NCBI RefSeq assembly: GCF_009834535.1
Contig: NC_045697.1
Location: forward strand, 20,028,001 to 20,092,000
Length of the DNA stretch: 64,000 bases
Direction of reading: 5' to 3'
Source: Camelus ferus
Taxonomy: Eukaryota
In this document: piece by piece, positions 51,201 through 64,000 of the stretch
Position numbering within the stretch: position 1 is the stretch's first letter
Layout: each line of letters begins with the position of its first letter
Program-made: the position numbers and the translations under genes
Notes under the pieces: model-generated
What the model was told of the DNA's origin: nothing
Databases searched by the model: none
The model's input: the letters and a program-made list of their open reading frames with translations, nothing else

Positions 51201-53370
51201 ATATGTCTGATAACAGACATATTCAGAATGTATTTTTAAAATTTTCTACATCTCAAGAGCTAAAGTTCAGATAATTCAATAAATTAATGGGCAAAAGTCT
51301 CCAACAAACATATCTAAATAAATATCTATATTTATAAATGGACAAAAAGTTAATGAAAGACTTTCATATCATTACTCAACAGGGAAATGCAAGTTATAAT
51401 TACAATGATGCCACTATATTTTCACCTTAATGACCAAATTTTTAGAAAGACTGCTAATGCCAAATATTGGCTTGGGTGTTGAATAACTTAAATTCTCATA
51501 CATTGTAGTGGAAAATAGTACAACTATTCTTTAAAAAATTTAACAGTTTTCTGTAAAGTTGAACATAGAGCTGCCCTTTGACCTAGCAGTTATGCTCTTC
51601 TGGGCTCAGGCAAGAAAAATAAAAATATATATTCATAAAAATAATATGTATTCATAAATGTTTACAGACTATTTATTTATAATATCTCAAAACTGAAATA
51701 ACATGTAATTCTAACAAGAGAATGGGTACACACCGTGTTCTACGTTCATTATAATGATGTACTTCTTAACAGTAAAAAGGAACCAAGTAATTTCTTTAAC
51801 AACATGTAGAAATCTAAAAGATATTTTGATGAACAGACAGAGAGTACATGTGGTATGACTTCCCTTGTATGAATTCCCTTGTATGAAGTTTTAAAGTAGG
51901 CAAAACTAATCTATGGTAAAAAAAAAAAAAAAAAAAAGAAGAATCTGCAGTGAAAAAAGAATCTGTAGTTGTTTCTTGGTTGAAGGGTAGAGAGAATTGT
52001 GATTGCTAAAGGATATGAGGAGCCTCTTTGGTTTGAGGGAAATTTTCTTTATCTTGTTACCATATTCATTACATGGGTATATCCCCTTGTTAAAACTCAT
52101 GAAATCACACTCTTAGTTTGTGAATATCAATATATGTAAGTTGTATCTTATGAAAGAAGTAACAAATAGTAAACTCTAGTTAATATATTGAGGATAATGG
52201 AATCCATGTTTCTCACTGTTTCAAGAGTTTCAAAATTTGGAAAGTAGAAAGCTAGTGTGTACCATGTGATGTTAGACAGGGATTAAAAGTATCAGTATGT
52301 ATTCATATTATACATATATATGTATGGGAGAGAGAGAAAGAGAGAGAAAAAAGTGAGAACAAGAGTGAGAGCAGAGAGTAAAAAAGAAAAAGAAGAAATA
52401 AACACATTTGTCAGATTTTGATTTCTGAATACCGTCTCCCATTAAAAGGATCCAGGGCTTATTAAAGAAATGGTTATTATTTCCAGGGCTGGAAAAGAGC
52501 AGTATGAGCCTGGAACAATCTATGACATTGCACAAGAGGAACTCAAAGAATCATGAAAATATGTCAAAATGACATAAGCAAGTTTGACAGAACTCCCTTT
52601 TGGCTATATTTGAAAGTATCTGAACATCAAAGAAAACAATAAAAGGAGTGGATTATGAATCCATTACTGAATAAAATAATAATGCATGAGTGCACAGTGA
52701 TATATGTAAATAAATGGATAAAATAATGTCTCTTACAGCCTAATACCAGAAAGTGATCAATCATCAATGGACACTAAACCTAGAGGGTAAATGTTTGACC
52801 AGGAGCAGGATGTTTCAAAATACATCCCCACAAGCTACTTACTAGTTTCAAAGTAGTGCCAGCATTGAGAAATGTGTGGAATACCACCTGAACGAAGACA
52901 GCAGACCTAGCTAGAACCGTTGTCATTGGGACCAACAGCATCATGTGTCAAATAAGATACTCAGAGAAAGGAAGACCCTCATCCCAGTAAACTTAATCAC
53001 AAAGAGGCATCAGAGAGACCTGAGCTGGAGGTCATTCTACAGAATAACTGGCCCCTTGTCTTTAAAAATATTAGAATGTAAACTGATACAGCCATTATGG
53101 AAATCACTGTGGAGGTTCCTGAAAAATTAAAAGTAGAATGGCCATAGAATCCAGCAGTTCCACCTCTGGGATGTATCCAAAGAAAGCAAAAACACTGGTT
53201 TGAAACCATATGAATATACAGAAAAAATGATAAAGTGAATGGACCCAAATGGAATAATTCTTGAATCTTAAAAAGGTTATATAAAGGATATTTAAGACTT
53301 CCTGATACAGTTCTAGCAACTTTACTATAAATTTGTAATTATTTCAAAATATAACCTACTACAAAAATAA
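48290..53370 (+). mobile_element. Block of old L1 fragments (ORF1 remnant, two overlapping ORF2 copies, L1MC/MD-like 3' UTRs) with a small younger L1 piece at ~53073-53205
   Basis: ORF 48514-48741 EEIPEDIIEVPLPEIK.KDLNL resembles L1 ORF1p; gactgaatgctttccctctagattagg, cagatcaatggaacagag and ggcaaaactaatctatggt are L1 landmarks. Confidence 0.85.
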
Positions 53371-53759
53371 TAATTTGATACAGTCTCAGATCCCCTTTCT
53401 TTCCCCACCCCACAGAGTCAGGAGGGTGCATTCCCCACCCCCTGCCTCCTTACATACATACAGTGTTGATAGGGTACTTGAGATTTAGTCTCTTTCCTAG
53501 ATAAAACAAGGCATCCTCAGACTGGGAAACATAGGATCTACTTTATCCTGAGTGCCATACTGTCAATCCAGAAATGACAAGATTTTACATGATAAAAGTT
53601 GAGTCTCTATGGTCATCTCTTCCCTACCAGCCCCTGTCTTCACTTTGCTGTTAAAATAGTAGTATCCAGGTGGCAGCGTGAATCTTGTCATTCTTCACCA
53701 GAAGCGAAATAGCGAAGTAAGAACTTGGCTAGCATAGCATCTTTGCCATAACCCCAAGA

Positions 53760-54305
53760 TTTTTGTCTGAATTTGAGCACTGTAAGGATAGATAAGCTTT
53801 TCACCACCTCATTCCATCTCAGTAGTAACTGCATTCTTACAATTTCTCAGGCCAAAACCTTCCGCAACATCCTTGACTTCTCTTTTCTTTCTCTGCTGCA
53901 CATCTAATCCATCAGTAATTCTTTGAGTTTTGGGTTTTATAATTATCCTCTTGAACTGCATCATTTTTTCCCTACTTATTTCTTGCTTCATTGAAGATTT
54001 TGCAAAAAATCTCTCTCTTTAGCTTAATGCTTACCTGTCCTTTCTATTAAAATTCCAACTCATTTTTACTTCCAAAAGATGGACTTATTCTGTTCTTTTT
54101 CCCTTAGTAATTTTTACTTTATAAAATGTAATGTAAGGTATCTGTAATGTATGTTATTTCTTATGTGTAGAGTCTGTCTGTCCCTCCCAATTTAAGCGCC
54201 AAAGAGACAGGGATTTCTGATTTCTCTGGTAACTGATGTGTCCAAGTACATAGAATAATTCTGTCCACATAGTACTTTCTTAGTAAGTACTTGTGGGATA
54301 AATGC
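53760..54305 (+). mobile_element. L2 3' portion
   Basis: ttccatctcagtagtaactgc...tctcaggccaaaacctt...cacatagtactttcttagtaagtacttgtgggataaatg. Confidence 0.75.
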
Positions 54306-54439
54306 TTCTTTCTTGACTGCACAATTCTCATTTAAGTGACATCTATTTCATTGGACTGTAAACCATTGGATTTACTGAAAAACAAGGTTTTAGAAAATTT
54401 TTATAGCTAAAATAACCTTTTAGGTTTTAAAGTATAGCT

Positions 54440-54610
54440 ACTATTTATTTAGCATTTTTATATTTGCTAATGTTTGTGCCAAGTACTTCATATTTAATTA
54501 ATTCTCAAAACAGCTTTATGTTCTGACAATTTTACATATCAAACAAATCTAGACTCAAGAGGTTAAACAACTCACCCAAGGACATAAAGCCAATAAGTGG
54601 AAAAACCAGA
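54440..54610 (-). mobile_element. MIR
   Basis: atttattttagcattt...tgtgccaagtacttcatattt...agaggttaaacaactcacccaaggacataaagc. Confidence 0.75.
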
Positions 54611-56880
54611 AAATCATAAACGTGAAGCTAAATTAATTGTCTTAAAGTGAGCACACTTATAGAAGCACAACCTGGGACAAGAGAAGGAATCTGACAAGAA
54701 ACCCCTGTGATCCCCTGTGTGTTTTGCAATCTCTACTCCTTTTCTCCATTTTAAAGAGAAACACTAGCTTCTAACACCATACGATACTTTTTTGCTAATT
54801 TCGAAGTTTATAGAAATGTAATCATATTGTGTATTATTTTATGGCTTGATTTATTTCAGTTAGCACTGTGCTTTTATCACTATCATTTTACTGTATGGAT
54901 GTACCACAGGTTTTGGGGTTTTTTTTGTTTGCTTGTTTGTTTGTTTTACCCCTTCCCCCTAGTGAAGGACATCTTAGGTGCTTCCTGATTTTGGAAATTA
55001 TGAATAGCACTATAAATATCTGCATGTGGCTTTTCATGTGGACATAAATTTTCAAATCATCAGGTGAATATCTGGGAGCATAATGCTGGATCAAACTGTT
55101 TAGCTTTTTAAGAAATTGCTAAACTGTCTTCCTAAGTGACTTCCGTTTTGTATTTCTACCTCTAATAAGTGTGAGTTCTGCTTGTTCCGCATCACCTGCA
55201 TTTGCTATTGTTAGTTTTGGATTTTACTCATTCCGATCTCTAGCTATCTCAATTTGCATTTTTCTAAAGACAAATGATGTTGAGTATCTTTTTATTATGC
55301 TTATTTGTCATCTGTATCTCTTCTTTGGTGAGGTGTCTGTTCATTCATATCATTTGCCTGTCTTTTAACTGGCCTGGTGACTTCTCTTTTGGAATGTTAT
55401 TCATTATTGACTCAATTTTTTTAATAGATACTAAATTTCTTATTAGATTATCCATTGAATTTTGTGTGAACTCTGATAGTTGTGTCTTTTAAGAAATTGC
55501 TACATTTTATCTAATTTATGAAATTTTGGGGCATAGATTTGTTCATAGTATTATTATTTTACTATTTAAATGTCTGTAGGATTAACTTAATATCTACAGG
55601 CTACTCTTTCATTTCTAATATTTGTAATTTGGGCATCCTCTCTTTTAATTCTGGATTAGCCTGGCTAGAGGTTTACCAATTTTAGATATTTTTAAAGAAG
55701 CAGCTTTAGATTTCATTGAATTGCTCTTTGTTTTCCAATTTCATTGATATCTAATATGATTTTTATTACTCCTTTTCTTCTGTTTGCTTTAAACTTCGAT
55801 TACTCTTATTTTCCTCGACTCCTAAGAAGCTTAAGCTATTGAATTTAGATCTTTCTTCTCTTCTAACATATGCATTAAATGCTATTAATTTATCAGTAAA
55901 ACATCATCCATTGCATCAACAAATTTTAGAAACACTTTAATTGATCTTGAGACTTCTTTTTTGGCTAATGGATTATTTAAGTGTGTATTGTTTAATTTCT
56001 GTATATGTGGGATTTTCAGCTCTCTGTTATTGATTTTTAGTTTAACTTCACATGATTTTTGTTTTTTAATTTGATAATGTATTTTATGGCCTGAAGTAAT
56101 CTGTCTCAGTGAATGTTCCATGTTGGGTTGAGGAGAATATGGATCTGGCTGAGGTAGAATGGAGTTTTCTATAAATTAGGTCAAATAGATCAGTAGTTTA
56201 ATTCAGGTCAATTATGTCCTTACTTACCTTCTGCCTGAATAATTCATCAATTCAAAAGAAGTGTGTTGTCTACAATTGTAGTAGTATCTTAGTTTATTTT
56301 TCTTTGAATGTCTATCAGTTTTTTCCTCATGTATATTGGCATTCTATTTTTATGTGTGTACACACCAAGGACCGTTTTGTCTTCCTGGAGAATTGGCCCC
56401 TTTGTCATTATGTAATGCCACTTGTTACTCCTGATAATATCCTTTATTCTAAAATCTGCTTTGTCTGAAATTAACATAGCTACCCCAGCTTTGTCTATGT
56501 TAGTTAGCATTGTATATTTTTCTCCATCCCATTTCATTTCCCCTATCTGAATCTATAATTAAAGCGGATTTCTTGCATACAGTGGATAGTTTGGGTCTTT
56601 TTTAAAACCCATTCTAACAATATCTGCCTTTTATTTGGTGTATTTAGACTATTCCCATTTGAAGTGATTATTTATATAGTAGGATTAACATGTACTATGT
56701 TTCTAATTGTTTTTTGTTCATTGCACTTATTCTTTATTTCTTCTTCTACTCATTTTCTTTCTTTCTTTTAGTTTGAGACTTTATGTGACTCCAATTTATC
56801 TCCTCCCAGAGCAATTGTATTTTGAAAAACAAAGTTAATGATTGCTCCAAAGTTTGCAGTATACATTTACAACTACTCCA

Positions 56881-57240
56881 GCTCAAAGTAGTGGCTTAGA
56901 ATCTCAGTTTACATAGCATCTTCAGCAAAGAACATTAAATTTGCAGAGAAATGACTGGCTAACGGACAGTAGTTTTAGGCTTCCAAGAGTGACAAACTGT
57001 GGGAAGATAAATACACAGAAAGAAACTAATGCAGCACGTTTATCTGTACATTCCTCTGGCGCTGTCTATGGGTTGATAAGAGTCTGTTCCCAGTAAGAGG
57101 AGAATTTGCATCCTGCTTTTAGACTGGGAAGGGGAAGGTAGACATTTTCCTGTATTTGCTGTTTCTTAATTGCCTTAAACTCAAAATAAATTTTTATGTC
57201 AGAGAGGTTTATTTTAGGTGAGATAATATGATTTCCTTTA
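56881..57240 (-). mobile_element. Partial ERV1 LTR (MER34/MER39-like) nested in L1
   Basis: ttaattgccttaaactcaaaataaatttttatgtcagagaggtttattttaggtgag...gatttccttta resembles a reversed LTR 5' end. Confidence 0.65.
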
Positions 57241-58909
57241 ATTCCTTCTTTGATGATCTTTCTTTCTTTATGCAGATGCAATAAACCTGTATCATTTTCC
57301 TTCTCCCTAAAGAAACGTCTTTTAACATTTCTTGCAGGGCATGTTTGCTAGTGACAAATTTCTTCAGTTGTTCTTTGTCTAAGCAAATTTTTATTTCTTC
57401 TTTGCATGTGAAAGATGGTTTGGTTAGGTACAGAATTCTAGTTTGGTGAATTCTTTTTTCAACACTCTAAATACTTCACTCTACTCTCTTCTTCCATGCT
57501 TTCTGTTAAGAAATCCAACATAAGTATTATCCTTTTTCCCAGTAGGTAAGATGCCGTGACATACCAGATTTTTTTCATAATTTTCTCTTTATCTTTGGTT
57601 TTGTGCAATTTGAATATGGTATGCTTAGTTTGATTGTTTTTGGTCTTGTTTTAGGGGGTAGTATTTATTTTGCTTGGCATTCTCTGAGATTCCTGGATCT
57701 CTGCTTTGGGATCTGTCAGTTTTAGAATTTTCTCAATCATTATTATTTCAAATAGTTCTTCTGCTCTACCCTCACTTTATCCTGTACCTGGTAATCCAGT
57801 GATACATGCTAAAACTTGAAATCGTTCCATGGTTTTTGGATGTTCTTTTTTTTTTTTTTGGCTTTTGTTTTAGAATTTTCTAATGACCTGCCTTTAAGCT
57901 CATCAATTCTTCCCTCTGCCATGTTAAGTCTAATAATGAGCCCATCAAGGCAGCCTTCATTTCTCTGTCAATGTTTTTGATTCGTAGCATTTCCTTTTGA
58001 TTCTTTCTTAGAATCAGAAAAGAATTTCTATCTTTCTGTTTACATTGTCCATCTGTTTTTGCATGCTGTCTACTTTTACCATCAGATCCCTTAACATATT
58101 AATTGTAATTGCTTTAAATTCTCTATCTGAATATTGCAACATTTCTGCTGTACCTTAATCGGTTTTGATGGTTGCTTTCTCTTGTCAGACTTTTTTTCTT
58201 GCCTTCTGTTATGCCTTATACTTTTTAGTAGGAGTCAGGCATGCTGTACTGGGTGATAGGAGTGGAGGTAAACGGCCCTTCAGTGTGAGGATTTATGTTA
58301 ACTTGACTGTGGGCTGGGATGTCTCTGGCCGCTGTAGGCACCAGGGGCTTCAAGTTCCTCTGGTGTCCCTGAGCTTTGGGCTTCCATCAGTACTTCCTGG
58401 AAAATGCTGTGTCTTGTAGGTCTTTCAGCTGGAACCTGCAGTGATCGGCCCGGAGTCTGGCTGGTGTGGCAGTAAGACGTGGGGAACGGGGAGCACGCTG
58501 TAATTTCTTTTATTAAATCTCAGACGTTAGAGGGCCTGTACCTCAGGGTTGTTACTTTCACAAGTATTTTGCTAATGCTGTGGCTTTTTTCTCTCAGCCT
58601 CCTGTGCCATCCTGTGTTCCACCATTCTAAATCCATTTCCTTGATGTACACATCACCTATTACTGTGAGGAGGGTCCAGGGGGCTGGAATGGGAGAGGGC
58701 TCTTCTGCCTGCTCAGATAAGATTCTTACGAAATGTTTTCTTCTGTAGAGTAAGCCTTTGTTGTGGAAATGCTCTGGCTATGACTCACCTCCTGAGAAAA
58801 ATCTCCGAGTCACTACTCTGGGCACCAGGTAGGGCAGTAGCCTCTGGTCTTATTGGCTTACCTCTCCAGGTGTGAGACACGTGCCCTATGAGTGACTTGG
58901 GGTGAGGGC

Positions 58910-59240
58910 TCTTGGGGCCCAAGAGTTGCCAAAAAACCAGCCTTTGTGCCCTGAAAAATGAATTCAGGCTCAGAGACAGAGTTTTGGGAATATCAGAAAA
59001 GATAAGCTTTATCGCTGTGCCAGGCAATGGGGAGCCACAGCAGGCTCACGCCTTAGACACTGTGATGGCCTGCTCTTCTGGCGAGATAAGACAACCCTTG
59101 ATTGGGAGCTGAGGGAAGGTGAGGCCCAGCTCTCATGCCCATGCGCCTCCTGCAGGGGAGCTTAAGTCACGTTGAGCTGGGGCAAGGGGAGTAAAACTGA
59201 GTCACTGGTTAAATGCCAGAGATTCATGATGTTCTTACCA
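58910..59240 (-). mobile_element. ERV solo LTR nested in the L1 5' region
   Basis: GC-richer insert; cagagacagagttttggg...agctttatcgctgtgccaggc; ends ...cttacca; no clean TSD. Confidence 0.6.
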
Positions 59241-59925
59241 TGCTAGAGTTTCTTGAACAAAGTATCCTTCATTTGTTTTGTGCCCTTAGCACAAATCTCA
59301 GAGTCTTGAAATAATATTTAAAAATAATGTCCACCAGTTTTCTTGTTTTACTGTGGAGTGGTTCCAAGGAACTTCTCACACTGCAGTCTTAGAAGCAGAC
59401 CTCCTAAGTGTATTGTCATACTATTCATATTGAACAAAGTGTGCTTTACTGTAGGTGGAAGATTTGTGCTAACATGATATAGAAAGATGAACACTTGCCT
59501 TAAAGCCACACACACTTGGATTTGATATACAACGCTGCTGTTTACCACCTGAGCAGCCTGGGGAAAATTACTTTATTAGGCACAACTTTGCAAAACTAGC
59601 ACAGAGATTTTAAAAAGATTTGGTCTAATAGTGCCATTTTTAAATGCTTGAATTATTGGCACCTAAATATTCTTATTTTCCATTTAAATCTTTCATAGCT
59701 TTTAAATGAAATAAAATTACAAACAAAATAATACAAAATACTGCACTCCATGCTTACTTTCTTGCAAACTCACTGATACACAGATTCTTCAAAATGAGGA
59801 ATTGCTTACTAATTAAATAGCACACGCTCACACAGCAGATCTTTTCCTGGAATGTGTATTCAAAGAGAGAGTTGAGGGGAGGGAAGAAATGAAGCAGAAT
59901 GGTACATGATTACATATTTCCAGAG

Positions 59926-60115
59926 CACTATTTCCCCAAACCTTTCTGTGCCTAATAATTGTCTAGGGAGCTTGTTAAATAGCAGATTCTTTTATCCAAT
60001 CACCAGAAATGTTGACGTAGTACATCTAGGATGGGTCTCTGCAACTTGAATTTTTAATAAGCATCTCAAGTGATTTTGATCAGGTCCTATAGGTAACATA
60101 TTTTGAGAAGTCTAG
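59926..60115. mobile_element. MER5-type hAT-Charlie MITE
   Basis: ggagcttgttaaatagcagattc...tctaggatggg...atttttaataagcatctcaagtgattttgat...tttgagaag. Confidence 0.75.
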
Positions 60116-61498
60116 AAACATTAGGATTTTACTCACAGTGACTAAAAACCAGACAGGATACTGAGAAGAAGTCTAAGGTATTTCATACAAGAGTTGAAAA
60201 TAGGACACTATTGTCAGGTCATGATGGTTCAGTAATGCCACACCAAAAATATTTTTAGTGCCTAAAATTTCTACCATATGCCTCTTTTTTAATGACTCTA
60301 CTCCACTCTGAACTTAGAAGTTATAATAAATAGGGCTTTATTTGCTTAGAAATAGTAGAAAAGTGGTAGATGGAAAGGGGTGTAGAACAGTTCTGCATTC
60401 AGTTTTAACATCCTATAGAAAAAGGAACAAAGGCAAATGAAATAAATTACAGTTCAAGGTTAGGTAGTTTTTTAAAAACTCAGATATACTCTGTGCAGGA
60501 TACAGATGCATAATAAAGTTTATTAAAGTAGTTCTGACCTTAAAATGTATCATTTTGAAAAACATTTTTAATGATAGTTTATTAAAATAATATTCTAATT
60601 GATATACTTTCTTTTTGGAATTTTAAAGTTTAATGTGACATATTAACCTGCATTTTAGTATCAATGATTATAAAACACTCCACTTGAAGCATTTTATTAT
60701 TTTATTATGTGCTATTTTACAAGATAATTTCTTGCATCCTCTGATATTTAAAGCACCATAACTACAAAATGGATCTACTCTAAAATTTATTAAAAAGTGT
60801 AACATCTATTGCCTTTGATGTCCTTGGTTTACAGTAGTGTCTCTGATGACAGAAATGAGAAATTACATGGTAGTTTGATGTTTAGTGGAATGTATATGTC
60901 TGCAGATTTTAATTTTCCCACTGACAAATCTCCAAAGAATTGGAATGAAAAGATATGTTGAACCAGATAATTTCCAAATTGTAGATTCTCTCTTAGGGTA
61001 AGAAAAAAAATTGCACGCACACACATATACATGTTAACATATGTGCACACAAATGCATAAACACACAAACACAACATGCAATCATAGTTAATGGAACGTT
61101 TTGCAAGTCTTATGTTTTATTTTATTTTCAAAGGGTAACCCATTACAGTTTAAACAACTCAAAATTCTTATTGTTTTTGGTTGGATGTCAAATGAAGACA
61201 ATTTGGAAGACATGAAAACTGAGCTGCGGATTAAACAAGAGGCAAGATACAAAAGAGACCTATAATATCAGGATGCTTTCCATCCCTTAGAATCCAAGAG
61301 GGAAAAAGCAGTGTGTCTTTCCAAGAATAGAGAGCATGAAAAACCTCCTTGTTCTTGATACTGATTCCTAACTTTTGCTGCTTCTGCTGTTGATAAAAAA
61401 AAATTGCTAATAAAAGCTACTAAAATTTTAATTTAAATTTCTACTTGCAAAACATTCCTATTTTGTTTTTTTCTTTTGAATTAACTCTCCTTGTGGAT

Positions 61499-61529
61499 CA
61501 CACACACACACACACACACGCACACACAG
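61499..61529. repeat. (CA)n microsatellite, one interruption
   Basis: Directly visible. Confidence 0.95.
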
Positions 61530-61719
61530 AGCCCATATCCACAGTTTAGTTTGTACTCATTCTACAGATGTCAGAACATTTCTCTTTAGAAAACTTCTAT
61601 TTCCTGTCTAAAACTGGGTTAAATCATTAGTGGGGGCTCCAGTAGCACTATTCAGACTCCGTATGTGCCTTCTGTTTGTGTGTCTTCTCTTCTAGTTCAT
61701 TAGCAATTTGGTACCAGAG

Positions 61720-61930
61720 GTTGTAGTAAATTGCCTGACATATCAGAGATGCTCAGCATTTTGTATGCATCTTAATTTAACTCCATACAATACCTAAGAT
61801 CCCTATGTTTTATTTACCAGTGATCACAGAAGCTAAGCCATTTACCCGAAATCACTCAACCAGTACATAGTGGTGGAAGGTCCCCAAAACAGACATGGCG
61901 ATTCTAAATGATGTGTTATTTACCAATAGA
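61720..61930 (-). mobile_element. MIR
   Basis: catcttaatttaactccatacaatacct...cacagaagctaagccatttacccgaaatcactcaaccagtacatagtgg. Confidence 0.65.
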
Positions 61931-62239
61931 AAAAGAGGCTTGTCTCCTGTCCAGACATGAGTCTGTCCCCTGATGTCTCATTAGACTAACACTACATACA
62001 CACTAAAATGCTGATCTCTGGGGTTCCAGTTCCCAGAAGTTTTCAATCCATTCCCTTTCATTGATTGAGGATTAATTGATTTTTAATGTCATGTATCCTC
62101 TATGAGAACTAGCTGGTTTGTTTTTAAATTTTATGGAGTTTTGCTTTGGACATGCAGGTTAGCAGGACTGAGGTCATCCTATTCCTAAATTCCTGAAACA
62201 CTGGCATCATTGATTGATACAACATCATCCCTCTTTGTT

Positions 62240-62710
62240 TATGTATTCCCTTTATTTCCCCCCATTTCTTTTCCTTCTGCTTCCTCATAAGCAATCATCT
62301 CAATTACTTGATATATTCGTGTTGTTATAAATGTGTATATTGTTTTATGTTAATATTTTATATATAAATAAAGTGTTCTATAGTATAGGTCTCATATATT
62401 GCTTACTTTTTTTCACTCACCAAAATGTGTTTAATATCTATCCATTTAGGTCATATACACCATTTTTTTCCCTTGCAGTTGTATAGCACTCCATGACATG
62501 ATTCCACCAGGTTTTAGAGATCCTTTTATTCACAGTTACGATTCATCATTGCTTGTGACACAAGCAGATTGCCTCTGATTCCCTTTTGTGGACAATTTTC
62601 CTGCAATTAACATCATTAAACATTTATTTGTTGAGGACATATTCCCAGAGGCAAACTTTTAGATCCTAGGTATGCACACACTAAATTTTACTAGGTAGCA
62701 GCCAGGTTCC
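62240..62710 (-). mobile_element. Old L1 (L1ME-like) 3' fragment
   Basis: gcttactttttttcactcacc...gtatagcactccatg...tgcaattaacatc...aaattttactaggtag. Confidence 0.6.
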
Positions 62711-64000
62711 TGTTGAGAAAGTCTACGGCATTGTATAATCCCCCAAACAGAATAAAAACAATACATGCTGCCATTTTGAAAATAGAACAGTGAGAAACTG
62801 GTCCACAGAAACTCAGATACCATGGGCAGAAGTTGCAAAAGCCCCATTACACAGAGAAGGGGGATGCTTGAACCAGCCCTGATTCTGTTTCCTGAAAGAA
62901 ACACCCATTCCATTGATCTCTTTAGCCTGTTGCTCCGTCTTCTGGGAGAATTTTCCGTATTTATTATCCTACTCAGATAATATTTGATGAAGGCAACATT
63001 TGGGGACTCAAGGGTCATTTTTATTCTTGTATAGTGAGCTGTTTTAAATCAATTCTCATGAACTTTTTATACTTGGAGTTGTGATGGTTTCTTTTGTAGT
63101 ACAGATCTCTTACAGATGTAATTGGGCTTCTATACAGTTGATTCCTGTCAGCTCCACATGGAAATATCTATATCTTCAGGGCTTTTCCAGATATCCTTCT
63201 TAGATCTGATACATTTCTCTGTTTCCTTGCCCTCATACTTCTGTTCTCTCCCAACTGAGTCGCAGGCAGCTTCAGCCAGTCATGTAGGAGAACAGCCAGG
63301 CTCGCTCTGCTTTCCCTGAGTTGTTCTGTCTAACTGGGAAGATCTACTGGATGCCAACAGTTCATTAAAGGGTTTTGTCAATGCTTATAAAAGCCATTCT
63401 CTGTAATTTATATTTGCTTGAAAACCAATTAGAATCTGCTTTTGATATCAAAGACCTATTTAATTTTATCTTTTACTCTTTGGGGTGAAGAAGAAGTATC
63501 CTTTCCAAACCAGCCTAAAAGGTCCCTAAATTCCTGAACTATATTTCCTTTCTTGTTTCAAAGCAACTAATTATTTTCTGAGCTCAGTTTCTAATAATAC
63601 TCGCAACATACTGCCTACAGTAAACATCAAATACTTCCAACATTCTTTTCTACAACCTCTTCCCTCGAGATATGTTAATTAAGGTGACAATTTTACCAAT
63701 TGTGTCAGTAATATAGAACTCTCATCAACATCCTTCCACATCCTTCCAGGCTCTGATAAGTTTCCTTCCTGTCCTTTTCCTGTTCTCTAAACTAATACCA
63801 AGTAATTTAGTACAGGCATTAGAGTGGTACTTTCATTCCAGTACCAGTTTTTGTACCAATCAGGATGTCCTTGGTTATGCTAAAAGCAATAAGCTATCAT
63901 CAGTGAAGCTATGATTATGTTATATATCCATGGTGAAACTGCTGGTGGCTATGCTCTGTATTTTTATTCCACGTCACAGATGGAGAGATTGGCCACAACC

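Larger units (their letters stand above)
54630..59400 (-). mobile_element. Old L1 (L1M) spanning 3' end, ORF2 endonuclease, ORF1 and 5' region, with internal deletions and two LTR insertions
   Basis: ORF 56289-56537 contains KAGVAMLISDKADFRIKDIIRSNKWHYIMTKGPILQED, the L1 APE endonuclease. Confidence 0.88.

Noticed and set aside
51860..51887. 14-bp tandem duplication ttcccttgtatgaa x2
   Set aside because: Ordinary slippage inside an old L1 3' UTR.
61185..61265. Protein-like small ORF MSNEDNLEDMKTELRIKQEARYKRDL
   Set aside because: Only 26 aa, with no acceptor AG or promoter evidence; purine-rich composition explains the charged residues.

Overview
AT-rich, repeat-dense mammalian genomic DNA that is intronic or intergenic. 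It is most likely from a camelid (alpaca, llama or camel), because it carries two Vic-1-like tRNA-derived SINEs. I could not recognise any intact protein-coding gene, RNA gene or CRISPR array. The ORFs that resemble known proteins are decayed LINE-1 ORF1/ORF2 fragments, and the rest look like chance ORFs. Much of the window is transposable-element debris: MIR, L2, L3/CR1, old and young L1, ERV1/ERVL solo LTRs, and hAT-Charlie and Tigger DNA transposons, plus microsatellites. Three observations stand out. (1) A ~200-bp L1 insertion at 21099-21300 is fully readable: TSD, severe 5' truncation, a twin-priming-type 5' inversion and a 78-nt 3' transduction with its own poly(A) signal. (2) A candidate 40-nt minus-strand exon at 18542-18581 lies inside a TE-free island. 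(3) A young 74-bp x3 tandem repeat at 9053-9283 carries a consensus splice donor at each unit junction. I see no evidence for a new multi-gene system. Repeat family names were assigned by eye from recalled consensus sequences, and most boundaries are approximate unless TSDs or TIRs are quoted.
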